NCBI GenBank assembly: GCA_002311135.1
Contig: DBZK01000041.1
Coordinates: 10,824 to 74,823 of the forward strand
Length of the DNA: 64,000 nucleotides
DNA from: Dehalococcoidia bacterium UBA1162
Lineage (GTDB): Bacteria > Chloroflexota > Dehalococcoidia > GIF9 > UBA5629
Reading direction: 5' to 3'
Program-made: the position numbers and the translations under genes
The notes under the pieces: generated by a model
Database searches by the model: none
What the model saw: the letters and a program-made list of their open reading frames with translations, nothing else
What the model was told of the DNA's origin: nothing
Shown: in pieces, positions 18,839-27,203 of the stretch
How positions within the stretch are numbered: position 1 is the stretch's first letter
How the letters are laid out: each line of letters begins with the position of its first letter

Positions 18839-19702
18839 ATGAGGGTTGCAGTAACAGGCGCCAACGGACAATTAGGATGTGATATCTGCACAGCGTTTTC
18901 AGATAGTGGCCATGAGGTCATCCCGCTTAATCATGATGCTTTGGATATTACTGATTTCAATTTGGCAAGGACCAAGTTTGAACAAACCAAGCCCCAGGTG
19001 CTTGTAAATACTGCAGCCCTGCACAATGTCGAGGCATGTGAGACGATGCCGCTTAAAGCATTTGAAGTAAATGGGGTGGGAGCAAGAAATCTGGCTCTGC
19101 TGGCTAATGAGCTCGATTTTGTATTATTCCATATTAGTACTGATTATGTCTTTGACGGTAAGAAAAAGACTCCATATATTGAGACTGATTGTCCATTCCC
19201 GATCAATGTCTATGGAAATAGTAAACTTTGTGGAGAGAATTTCGTACGCGTGACTGCAAAAAAACATTTTGTGGTTAGGGTTTCAGGATTATACGGCACC
19301 AATCCGTGTCGGGCCAAATCCGGGACCAACTTCGTGCAGCTTATGTTGAGACTGGCGAAGGAAAGAAAGGAAGTTCGGGTCGTCGATGACGAGATATTAA
19401 CCCCTACATTTACAGAGGATATCGCGCAACAAATCGTGGTACTGAGCAAAGTAGAAAAGTATGGGCTGTACCATGTGACAGCGCAAGGAAGCTGTTCCTG
19501 GTACACATTCGCAGCGAAAGTATTCGAGCTAACGGGAGCCAAAGTCAATCTTCTGGTTGCAGACCCGACTGAATTTGCAAGCAAGGTAGCGAGGCCAAAA
19601 TACTCGGTTCTGGAAAATAGTAATTTGAAAGCCTTGAATGTAGATATAATGCCCCACTGGGAAGAAGGACTACGAAAATATTTGAAAAAAATTGACGTAT
19701 AA
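18839..19702 (+). CDS. rmlD: dTDP-4-dehydrorhamnose reductase
   Basis: TGANGQLG, HISTDYVFDG, YGNSKLCGE, RPKYSVL motifs. Confidence 0.93.
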   Translation: MRVAVTGANGQLGCDICTAFSDSGHEVIPLNHDALDITDFNLARTKFEQTKPQVLVNTAALHNVEACETMPLKAFEVNGVGARNLALLANELDFVLFHISTDYVFDGKKKTPYIETDCPFPINVYGNSKLCGENFVRVTAKKHFVVRVSGLYGTNPCRAKSGTNFVQLMLRLAKERKEVRVVDDEILTPTFTEDIAQQIVVLSKVEKYGLYHVTAQGSCSWYTFAAKVFELTGAKVNLLVADPTEFASKVARPKYSVLENSNLKALNVDIMPHWEEGLRKYLKKIDV

Positions 19703-19744
19703 TGTTGAGGCCTGACCCGCTCAGCCTTCAGCTCACGGCAAGCT

Positions 19745-19933
19745 CTACATTGCAGAAGAATTGCGCCACCCGCCATCTTTGCCTGCTTTGACCCACCAAT
19801 AATATTTCGTCCTGTATGAAAGGCCCGTAACTTCCCGATTGGTATTATTACCAACTTCTGTGTTAAACAGAGCAGTGCCTTCAAATGCCGGAGCCGTATT
19901 GACCTGTAGCCTGTATTTGGAGGCACCTGTTCC
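19745..19933 (-). pseudogene. Fibronectin type III domain remnant
   Basis: Manual translation GTGASKYRLQVNTAPAFEGTALFNTEVGNNTNREVTGLSYRTKYYWWVKAGKDGGW. FN3 pattern (YxLQV...VTGL...TxYYWxVxA). No nearby canonical start. Confidence 0.6.
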
Positions 19934-20052
19934 ACGTCTCGCTGTTGTTGTGGGAGATGGCGAAGCTGAATAAAATCTACCTATCCTTTCTATATTTTTT
20001 ATTTCTATTTTGCTATGATATTCGTTAATTCGATATTAAAGAAAATTTAAAT

Positions 20053-20475
20053 TTGCTGAATAAGATTTTAACCGTCGTATTTGCTGTTTTGATAGTTGCG
20101 GCGATAGCTGCAATAGTCTGGTTAGCCATCGTGCCTGAAAAAGGCGACCGTTTCAGCGAGTTTTATATCCTGGGGCCGGATGGCAAGGCGGACAATTATC
20201 CTCATGATGTGAAGGCCGGAAGGGCCGCGACTGTCATAGTTGGCGTTGTTAACCATGAGCATGAGCCGGCCAGCTACCATGTCCTGGCTGAAACCGATAA
20301 TACAACCATTGGGGAGGCCGATAATATAACTTTGGCAGACGGCCAAAAATGGGAAGAGCCGGTAAATTTTACACCTAAAAAGGCCGCGGATAATCAGACA
20401 ATCGAATTCTTCCTGTATAAAACCGGGCAGGCTGCCCCCTATCTATCGCTTAATTTGTGGGTCAATGTGAAATGA
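20053..20475 (+). CDS. Short DUF1616-like protein (one TM plus extracellular Ig-like domain)
   Basis: FSEFYILGPDGKADNYP, GVVNHE, PYLSLNLWVNV. Paralogous to the C-terminal half of 22184..23026. Confidence 0.8.
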   Translation: MLNKILTVVFAVLIVAAIAAIVWLAIVPEKGDRFSEFYILGPDGKADNYPHDVKAGRAATVIVGVVNHEHEPASYHVLAETDNTTIGEADNITLADGQKWEEPVNFTPKKAADNQTIEFFLYKTGQAAPYLSLNLWVNVK

Positions 20476-21251
20476 GGGCAGCAATATCAACTGCTTCCAG
20501 AGCAATCGCATGGCCTTTCTGGATGTACCTGGTTGCAATCATCGCCGCAGAGCTATTAACGATTTACCTTTACCCCCTGGCCGGCGTGATCAGCTATAGT
20601 TTAATTTTGACAGCATTTGTGGTTCAGTCCGTTTTCATAGAGGATGCGGGCAAAAGAAACCTGGTACTGGCGCTGGGCCTGGTGCCCATGGTAAGGATCA
20701 TGAGCCTTGCTTTACCACTGGGACAGCTCTCGATCGTCTTCAGGTTTCCTATAATTTATGCGCCTCTGCTAGCGGCTGCCATCGCGGTGATGCTGGTGAC
20801 AGGCCTTAAGCCCGCCGAGGCCGGACTCACACTGCGCTACTGGCCCTGGCAAGTCGTCGGGGGCATTATCAGCGGCGCCGCAATAGGACTACTGGAGTAT
20901 CTTATTGTCGGCACAAGCCCCTTAATAAATACTTTCTCGCTGCAAAGCGTATGGCTGCCCGCGCTGATCCTGGTTATCACCACAGGCCTGGTAGAGGAAC
21001 TGATATTCCGCGGCATATTACAGAAGCTGTCGGAAAGGGCAATGGGACGGCAGGGGATTATCTTTGTCAGCCTTATTTTTGCCGTCCTGCACTCCGGCTT
21101 CTACTCGTGGGGCGACGTTGTATTCGTCTTCTTCGTGGCTTTGTTTTTCGCTGCCGCCGTAAAAAGAACAGGATCGCTGCTGGGAGCGATCCTTGCGCAC
21201 GGCACGGCTAATGCCGTTCTATTTTTGATAGCGCCGTTTATCCTAAACTAG
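20472..21251 (+). CDS. CPBP (Rce1/Abi) family intramembrane glutamic endopeptidase
   Basis: EELIFRG, FAVLH and HGTAN motifs. ATGA overlap with the upstream gene. Confidence 0.9.
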   Translation: MRAAISTASRAIAWPFWMYLVAIIAAELLTIYLYPLAGVISYSLILTAFVVQSVFIEDAGKRNLVLALGLVPMVRIMSLALPLGQLSIVFRFPIIYAPLLAAAIAVMLVTGLKPAEAGLTLRYWPWQVVGGIISGAAIGLLEYLIVGTSPLINTFSLQSVWLPALILVITTGLVEELIFRGILQKLSERAMGRQGIIFVSLIFAVLHSGFYSWGDVVFVFFVALFFAAAVKRTGSLLGAILAHGTANAVLFLIAPFILN

Positions 21252-21482
21252 TATCTCGGCGACTTTGAGGGCGACAATGACGATGAAACCAATCAAAAGC
21301 GGGACAATGCCAATCAGCAGCGACCGGGCCAGAAGCTTTTGCCTGACGCCGCCGTCGGCATGCAACAATTCGCGTGCCGACAGAAAGCCGATCAGCAACA
21401 CCGAGGCAAATATGCCAATACCCACCACTATGCTGGCGGCGGCGACGACCGTGATTGTGCTGATGGTTACCGTCGTTATCAT
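21243..21482 (-). CDS. Small (79 aa) membrane hairpin protein with Thr-rich N-terminus
   Basis: MITTVTISTIT followed by two hydrophobic segments separated by RELL...RQK. ATG at 21482 with AGGG upstream and its own promoter. Confidence 0.72.
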   Translation of the reverse strand: MITTVTISTITVVAAASIVVGIGIFASVLLIGFLSARELLHADGGVRQKLLARSLLIGIVPLLIGFIVIVALKVAEILV

Positions 21483-21516
21483 ATATTTATCCCTACAACC
21501 TACATACTGTAAGATA

Positions 21517-21545
21517 AGATTATAATATATGATATTCTTTGTCAA
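21517..21545 (-). promoter_or_regulatory. Sigma70-type promoter of the Thr-rich small gene
   Basis: TTGACA, then TATAAT (15 nt spacer) or TAATCT (17 nt spacer) on the minus strand. Confidence 0.55.
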
Positions 21546-21665
21546 GTCATTAAGGTAACTAATGATAACTAAGCGGCAATATTTTACAGATATTTTATGG
21601 GAGGCTGCGGCAGCCAAATGGTATTATTAGGCCGATACAGTGTGTTGATCTCAGCGGAACAGGCC

Positions 21666-22187
21666 ATGGCGGCCGAAGTACAGACCGCGCTGATAGCTGC
21701 CAGCATAATTGTTGTTATAGCTGCGCTGGCGTTTGCCGGATACATACTGATCAGGAATAGCAGCAATAAGGAACCGCCTGAAGAGCGGTCGAGCCCGGGG
21801 GATATAACGGCCGTGGCGAATGAGGATGCGAGCCCAGCCAGGAAACCTGATGTTCGACCCGCTGAAGAAAACACAGCAGGCAAAACACCGGTTTCGGTCA
21901 CAATAATAGCAGTAATTCCCTTAAAAATAAGCGATCTCAGGATCGAGCCACCGACGGCACGGCCGGGAGAGATGGTGGACATCCAGTTCAGCGCCAGCAA
22001 CCTGGACAGCTCTCAAATCGGGCATCAAGTCGTATTAAAAATCAACGGCCAAATATTCAACGTGCGGCAAATAAGCATAATGCCGAACACCATAATGCAC
22101 CTGAGCTTTAAGGTGATGCTAACAGACCCGGGAAGCTATACCGTCGATATCAACGGGACAACCGGCATATTCACTGTAATACAATGA
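21666..22187 (+). CDS. Membrane-anchored protein with C-terminal CARDB/Ig-like domain
   Basis: One TM helix, a low-complexity linker, then ISDLRIEP...PGEMV...LKING...PGSYTVDING beta-sandwich pattern. Start uncertain. Confidence 0.65.
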   Translation: MAAEVQTALIAASIIVVIAALAFAGYILIRNSSNKEPPEERSSPGDITAVANEDASPARKPDVRPAEENTAGKTPVSVTIIAVIPLKISDLRIEPPTARPGEMVDIQFSASNLDSSQIGHQVVLKINGQIFNVRQISIMPNTIMHLSFKVMLTDPGSYTVDINGTTGIFTVIQ

Positions 22188-23026
22188 GATTAGATAACCG
22201 AACAGTACTGGCGGCAATTGTCGTTTTGACGCTGGCGCTAATCCCCCTGGCCCTGTTCACCTCCGGCCCGGTGCGAATTATCGTGAGTTTCCTGTGCCTG
22301 CTCTTCTTCCCCGGGTATGCGCTGCTTTCTGCTTTGTTTCCCAAACAGGGTAATTTAGGACTTGTCGAACGCATCGCTTTGAGCTTCGGGGTGAGCATCG
22401 CCGTCCTGCCGATCATCGGCCTGGTCCTGAATTTTACCCCGTGGGGCATAAAGCTGGCGCCAGTACTGGTATCTGTGGCGGCATTTACGTTGATTGCCGC
22501 CGCTATTGGATTCATCAGGGAACAGGCGCTGCCGGTTGAAATGCGCCTCCGCGTGTCAATGGTTCCTCGCTGGGAAGGGTGGCATAAGCTGACACGGGCA
22601 AGGAAGGTTATCTGGGCTGCGGTATTGCTGGCGGCACTGGGCGGGGCAGGCACTCTAATCTATTTTGAAGTTGCCCTGCCGCAGAAACCGGCGCCAACAG
22701 AATTCTATATACTTAATGCTGAGGGCAAGGCGGAGAACTACCCGAGGCAGGTTAAGGCCGGAGATAATGTGACCATTACGGCCGTAGTGATAAACCACGA
22801 AAGCCTCCCAGCCACCTACTCAATTAGAGCAGTCACAAATGGAAATGTAGCCGGAGAAACGACGACGCCTGCGCTGGCCACAGAAGCAAAGTGGGAAGGA
22901 AAAGTGGATTTTATCGTGGCAAAAGCCGGCACTGGCCAGAAAATTGAGTTTTATCTTTATAAAGAGGGCGAGGCACAACCTTACTTCAATGACCCTCTAT
23001 ATATTTATATCGACGCGGCGGAATAG
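22184..23026 (+). CDS. DUF1616 domain membrane protein
   Basis: LFFPGYAL..ALFP, ERIALSFGVSIA, LNFTPWGI, TEFYIL...AENYP, NHE motifs. Confidence 0.85.
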   Translation: MRLDNRTVLAAIVVLTLALIPLALFTSGPVRIIVSFLCLLFFPGYALLSALFPKQGNLGLVERIALSFGVSIAVLPIIGLVLNFTPWGIKLAPVLVSVAAFTLIAAAIGFIREQALPVEMRLRVSMVPRWEGWHKLTRARKVIWAAVLLAALGGAGTLIYFEVALPQKPAPTEFYILNAEGKAENYPRQVKAGDNVTITAVVINHESLPATYSIRAVTNGNVAGETTTPALATEAKWEGKVDFIVAKAGTGQKIEFYLYKEGEAQPYFNDPLYIYIDAAE

Positions 23027-23096
23027 GGAATTGCCCTTGTGGAATGGTCGTGGAGGAATATTTGCAGTTACTCCGTACGCATCCCCGTGTCAGCCA

Positions 23097-23125
23097 TTGA
23101 CAGGTATCCGGCCGGTTGCTATAAT
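23097..23125 (+). promoter_or_regulatory. Perfect-consensus sigma70 promoter with extended -10
   Basis: TTGACA-17nt-TATAAT with TG-N before the -10. Confidence 0.8.
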
Positions 23126-23194
23126 CGCAGTAGATTATAATATATAATAAAAGTGGTTCAGGTGCACCCGGAAGGGTGCACCGGAGGTGCAAAG

Positions 23195-23407
23195 ATGGCA
23201 AAATTTGATTTTAAGAAGTGGCAGTCCAAGACGATACTGGCGATAGTAGTGGGCCTGATCATAATTGTTGGGGTGCTGTCCGTTACACCTATTTACGGTT
23301 TTAACATCACACCGCAGAGCGCGCAAGGGGCGTCTTACGCGGGAGGCTCGTTCGGGAATTTGGTGCCCACTACCCAAACCAACGTAACACAATCGGTATA
23401 TGAATAG
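23195..23407 (+). CDS. Small (70 aa) exported or membrane-anchored protein
   Basis: GGAGG RBS, basic N-terminus, one hydrophobic helix, S/T/G/N/Q-rich tail. Flanked by a promoter and terminator. Confidence 0.72.
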   Translation: MAKFDFKKWQSKTILAIVVGLIIIVGVLSVTPIYGFNITPQSAQGASYAGGSFGNLVPTTQTNVTQSVYE

Positions 23408-23409
23408 GG

Positions 23410-23478
23410 TGCCTCGCCCGCGCAGGCAGGCAGTTTATTGGATTGGATTTAGTACGGGGGAGAATCCCCGTTTATTTC
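23410..23478 (+). terminator. Tandem hairpins, probable intrinsic terminator
   Basis: TGCCT...AGGCA followed by GTTTATT, and ACGGGG-loop-CCCCGT followed by TTATTTC. Confidence 0.55.
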
Positions 23479-23538
23479 TGGAAGAGGGGTCAAGCGGCTC
23501 TCACATCCGGCCAGAGGCACGGGTAATCTTGTAGGAGA

Positions 23539-24447
23539 ATGAGGTGTAATATGCGCATCGGGCTGAACGTACTTCTTGCTGTATTTCTATTGTCCTTTGT
23601 GGCATGTGCGGCAGGTTCAGCCGCCGACCATATGTGGCTGGGGGACTCAAATGCCAAGCAGGGCAACTGGGATGCTGCTATCACCGAATACCAGAAGGCC
23701 ATTGACCTGAAGTCGGACATACCGGAAGCCAGTATGAAGCTGGCCACAGCCTATAACAACCGGGCGCTGACGCGCATCGATAATAAGGATTTCAGCGGAG
23801 CCATCGATGACCTGAATAAGGCCATCCAGCTGGATCCCAGCCTGGCCGAGGCTTACAATAACCGGGGCTGGGCCTATGACGGTGCCGGCAATTACGACCA
23901 GTCGATCGCAGACCTGAACATGGCCATGCAACTGGGTTTTAATAGCACAGTAGCCTCCCAAAACCTGGCTAAGGTTTACAACAACCAGGGCAAAGCTCTA
24001 ATCCTGGACCAGTCCTATGATGCAGCCATCGTATCGCTGAACCACGCTGTCGACCTTGACCCTACACTGGCGGATGCCTACAGCAACCGGGGCTGGGCGC
24101 TGGACAGGATGAGAGATTGGGACCAGGCGCTCACCGACCTGAACAGGGCACTGGCGATTGACCCGAACCTGGCCTTCGCCTATAACAACAGGGGATGGGC
24201 CCTGTATGAAACGGACAAATACGATGCGTCCCTGGCAGACCTCAATAAGGCAATTTCACTGGATCCCACCATGTCGGAAGCTTACATGAACAGAGGCATA
24301 CTCTATATTCTTACAAAAAAGAGTGACCTGGCTGTAGTTGATTTTAAGAAAGTGCTGGAACTGACACAAGACCCGGTTGTAATTGCCCAGGCTAACAAGA
24401 ATATTTCTATAGCCTCAGCAGGTGATACTTATATCTTGGACCGCTAG
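23539..24447 (+). CDS. Exported tetratricopeptide repeat protein (possible lipoprotein)
   Basis: Signal peptide with FVAC. Repeated AYNNRG...A..DLNKAI.LDP units. Confidence 0.9.
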   Translation: MRCNMRIGLNVLLAVFLLSFVACAAGSAADHMWLGDSNAKQGNWDAAITEYQKAIDLKSDIPEASMKLATAYNNRALTRIDNKDFSGAIDDLNKAIQLDPSLAEAYNNRGWAYDGAGNYDQSIADLNMAMQLGFNSTVASQNLAKVYNNQGKALILDQSYDAAIVSLNHAVDLDPTLADAYSNRGWALDRMRDWDQALTDLNRALAIDPNLAFAYNNRGWALYETDKYDASLADLNKAISLDPTMSEAYMNRGILYILTKKSDLAVVDFKKVLELTQDPVVIAQANKNISIASAGDTYILDR

Positions 24448-25067
24448 CTGTGCGGCCGGCTCTTAACGTACTGCATTACCCCATCACCCTGACTGGTAAT
24501 ACGTTTATAACAATCCACTACCGCGGCATCATACAGGATTCCCTTGTGCTCTTCCAGTTCGTGCACGACATCATCTATCCCCAATGGTGGATGGTAAGAG
24601 CGGCTAGTTAGCATGGCCTGGACAACATCGGCTACGGCCAGGATCTTTGATTCCAAGCTTATCTCATCTCCGGTAAGGCCATGAGGATAACCGGACCCAT
24701 CAAGCCGTTCGTGATGCTGGAGGACGGCATTTGCCACAGGCCATGGGAAATCAATAGGCTTCAAAATGTCATAACCGACCTCGGGGTGGCACATTACGAC
24801 CATCTGCTGGACATCATCAAGCTTGCCCGGCCGGGAGAGGATCTCTGATGGTATGGCAATCTTACCGATATCATGTATCTGTCCGGCCAGGAAAACGCAG
24901 TCCACTACGTCCTGTTCATTTCTCATTTCCTCGGCAATAGCCCTGGCGAGGAAGGCTACGTCCGTCTGGTGGCCGGCAGCAGTGGGATCGTGGAGGTTGA
25001 CCATGTTGTTTACCACCTGCACCAGGCTGTCAAGCATCTTCTGCGCAGCATTACTTTTGGCTGACAT
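24444..25067 (-). CDS. Stand-alone HD-GYP domain protein (cyclic dinucleotide phosphodiesterase family)
   Basis: HDIGK, HHERLDGSGYP, ILAVADV motifs. GGAGG RBS before the ATG at 25067. Confidence 0.88.
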   Translation of the reverse strand: MSAKSNAAQKMLDSLVQVVNNMVNLHDPTAAGHQTDVAFLARAIAEEMRNEQDVVDCVFLAGQIHDIGKIAIPSEILSRPGKLDDVQQMVVMCHPEVGYDILKPIDFPWPVANAVLQHHERLDGSGYPHGLTGDEISLESKILAVADVVQAMLTSRSYHPPLGIDDVVHELEEHKGILYDAAVVDCYKRITSQGDGVMQYVKSRPHS

Positions 25068-25305
25068 TATAGACACCTCCCAGGCGGTGCAGCTTTGTAC
25101 CGGTCATGGCATTTGAAATCTGTGTCAAGCGGGATACTTATTTGTGACCTTCATTAACCGCAATCTTTTTTAAATTTTAACATCAACCGGGCCGAAATGA
25201 AATGGGTAGAGCTAGTTCCATGACACTTCTACTAAGGTACCGCCTCCGTAGTTGATCTGCTTAAGGACACTGCTTCGAGAGCTGTCGAAATTGTTCACGA
25301 TGCTC

Positions 25306-26286
25306 TCAGTAGGATTGACCCGTTATTAAGCTTATAACGGCCGCCAGGCGTTCCGGCCGGTCGGAGCCAATGAGATATTTTTTACCGCCCGCCATGCCGA
25401 TCTTTACACCGCTGTCGCCCTGGAGGTAGTAGGCCTGTGTGCCGGCATTGAAACGTATTCCATATCCTCCGAAATCATGTAATGGCGAGAACGTCAGCAC
25501 TTGCAATGAAACTATCTCCGCCGTTTTTAACCTGACCAGCGGAATGGCCAGGAGCCCCATCTTCAGCGATATCGTATCCCTGGTTACTACGGTACGAAAC
25601 CCCCCGTAAGTTAGAAGGAAGCTGATCCCTATGATCCCTAATAAAACCGACAGCCAGGGAATCGGAGACCAGGTAAAATAGGCCGATACGAACATTACCA
25701 GGGCAACGATAACAGCCAGAGCGCCGGCGTACGCAGGATTTTGAGATTCCCGATATCTGACAGGTCGTCCACTTTTTATCAGGGCATTTATTCCATCTTT
25801 AAATGCGCTTATATCTTCTGGCCCCTTGACCGGGCCCTTTTGGTAATGTCTGTAAGGCCTGACAAGCTCCAGCAGGACAGCCAGCAATATAGCTGCCCCA
25901 CAGGTTATGGCAAGTATCATCCAGGGAAAAGGAAATCCTTTAGCGGAAGAGGCGAGCATATTGAGGTAGGCTATCTGTATGCCGCAAAGATCGCCGACAG
26001 CCAGTTCGTCAAATAGCGATATCCAGTTGAAAGTCTTTCTCTTCTCCTGACGCGCCCAGAGCTCATCCAGCCAGGTCGACAGCAGCAGGAAACCCAGAGA
26101 GAGGCCCAATAATAAAATCGAGTTAATAAGCGGAGACCCGTAACCATCCGGTTGGCCGTTTATATCAAAATGCACAGGAGCCTGGCCGGGCAAAGGCAAG
26201 GAACGGGCAGTAAATACAATGGCGATTAGCAGTACAAGCAGGGCCGGCGCATGTGTCCATAGCGGATGTACAAGTTTTAGTTTCAT
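25306..26286 (-). CDS. DUF1648 (SdpI-like) membrane protein with C-terminal PH-like domain
   Basis: LPGQAPVHFDINGQPDGYGS at the N-terminus. FGGYGIR and KYLIGSDRPE at the C-terminus. Confidence 0.7.
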   Translation of the reverse strand: MKLKLVHPLWTHAPALLVLLIAIVFTARSLPLPGQAPVHFDINGQPDGYGSPLINSILLLGLSLGFLLLSTWLDELWARQEKRKTFNWISLFDELAVGDLCGIQIAYLNMLASSAKGFPFPWMILAITCGAAILLAVLLELVRPYRHYQKGPVKGPEDISAFKDGINALIKSGRPVRYRESQNPAYAGALAVIVALVMFVSAYFTWSPIPWLSVLLGIIGISFLLTYGGFRTVVTRDTISLKMGLLAIPLVRLKTAEIVSLQVLTFSPLHDFGGYGIRFNAGTQAYYLQGDSGVKIGMAGGKKYLIGSDRPERLAAVISLITGQSY

Positions 26287-26324
26287 TGCTCTTTAACTTC
26301 CCGATGCAGGACGTAAGCTGAGCC

Positions 26325-27203
26325 TCACGGATTAACCTGCTGCGCCTCGAAGCCATTCTCAGGATTTTCCCGGGCGATACCGAGTGCGAACTCTTTTCCG
26401 CCCTGTTTTATGATCCTGGCCCTGACTTCCATATGAATTTGCGAGCCGTCCTTCCGAACAAGAATAGTCTTATACCTGGCCTCCTTGTGTTCTGAGATCT
26501 GTTTCATGCGTATATTGAACTTCTTCCTGAGATCAGGCGCGATAAGATCGAGCACATTGGAGTCCATAAGTTCATCTTTTAAATACCCTATTGATTCGCA
26601 TGCAGCATCATTTACATATGCGATCTTGCCGGACATGTCGACCAATATAACATGGTCGTTAATCGAATCCAATATCTGGGCGCGCATTATCGATTCATCC
26701 AATATTTTTTTAGTCTCCGTTACATCATAGAAGATCGAGACGATGGCCGGTTTCTCCCGATAGATAACGCGATAAGAGAAGATACTGACATGCCTGACCA
26801 ACCTGTCCTTTCTGTAAACCGGCCATTCCTGAGGTGTATCGATAGGATCACCGGCCAGAACCATGTTTATTCTTGCGATAAGCTTATCGCGATGGCCGGG
26901 CAAGGTAATATCTGCTACGGATAAAGCCAGCATCTCGTCAAATGTATAACCCGATATCACGCAGGCAGCCTTATTTACCCAGACAAACCTATTGTCTTGA
27001 AAAAGTACAACGCCTTCTCTGCTTTTATCAGCGACTGTGTCCATCAAGGCCTGTAATTCTTTAATTACAGTGCTCAGCCTTTTTAAATGGGTCAGGGAAC
27101 CGTCCAGGCTGGCGATGGTCTCAGTCAACTCTTCCACCTGTGGCATCAGGCTCTTTAAATTTTTAGAAGTATTGGGTCCATGCTGCTTTTCTATTTCAGG
27201 CAT
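26325..27203 (-). CDS. Coiled-coil plus tandem PAS domain protein, no output domain
   Basis: VWVNKAACVISGYTFDEM and YVNDAACESIGY...RKDGS PAS/PAC motifs. The ATG overlaps the upstream stop. Confidence 0.8.
   Translation of the reverse strand: MPEIEKQHGPNTSKNLKSLMPQVEELTETIASLDGSLTHLKRLSTVIKELQALMDTVADKSREGVVLFQDNRFVWVNKAACVISGYTFDEMLALSVADITLPGHRDKLIARINMVLAGDPIDTPQEWPVYRKDRLVRHVSIFSYRVIYREKPAIVSIFYDVTETKKILDESIMRAQILDSINDHVILVDMSGKIAYVNDAACESIGYLKDELMDSNVLDLIAPDLRKKFNIRMKQISEHKEARYKTILVRKDGSQIHMEVRARIIKQGGKEFALGIARENPENGFEAQQVNP

Noticed and set aside
19210-19935. 241-aa minus-strand ORF
   Set aside because: Mostly antisense to rmlD. The protein-like signal here is the FN3 fragment in another frame.
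23740-24300. Repeated AACAACCGGGGCTGG-like units as a CRISPR or DNA repeat array
   Set aside because: They are in-frame TPR coding repeats.
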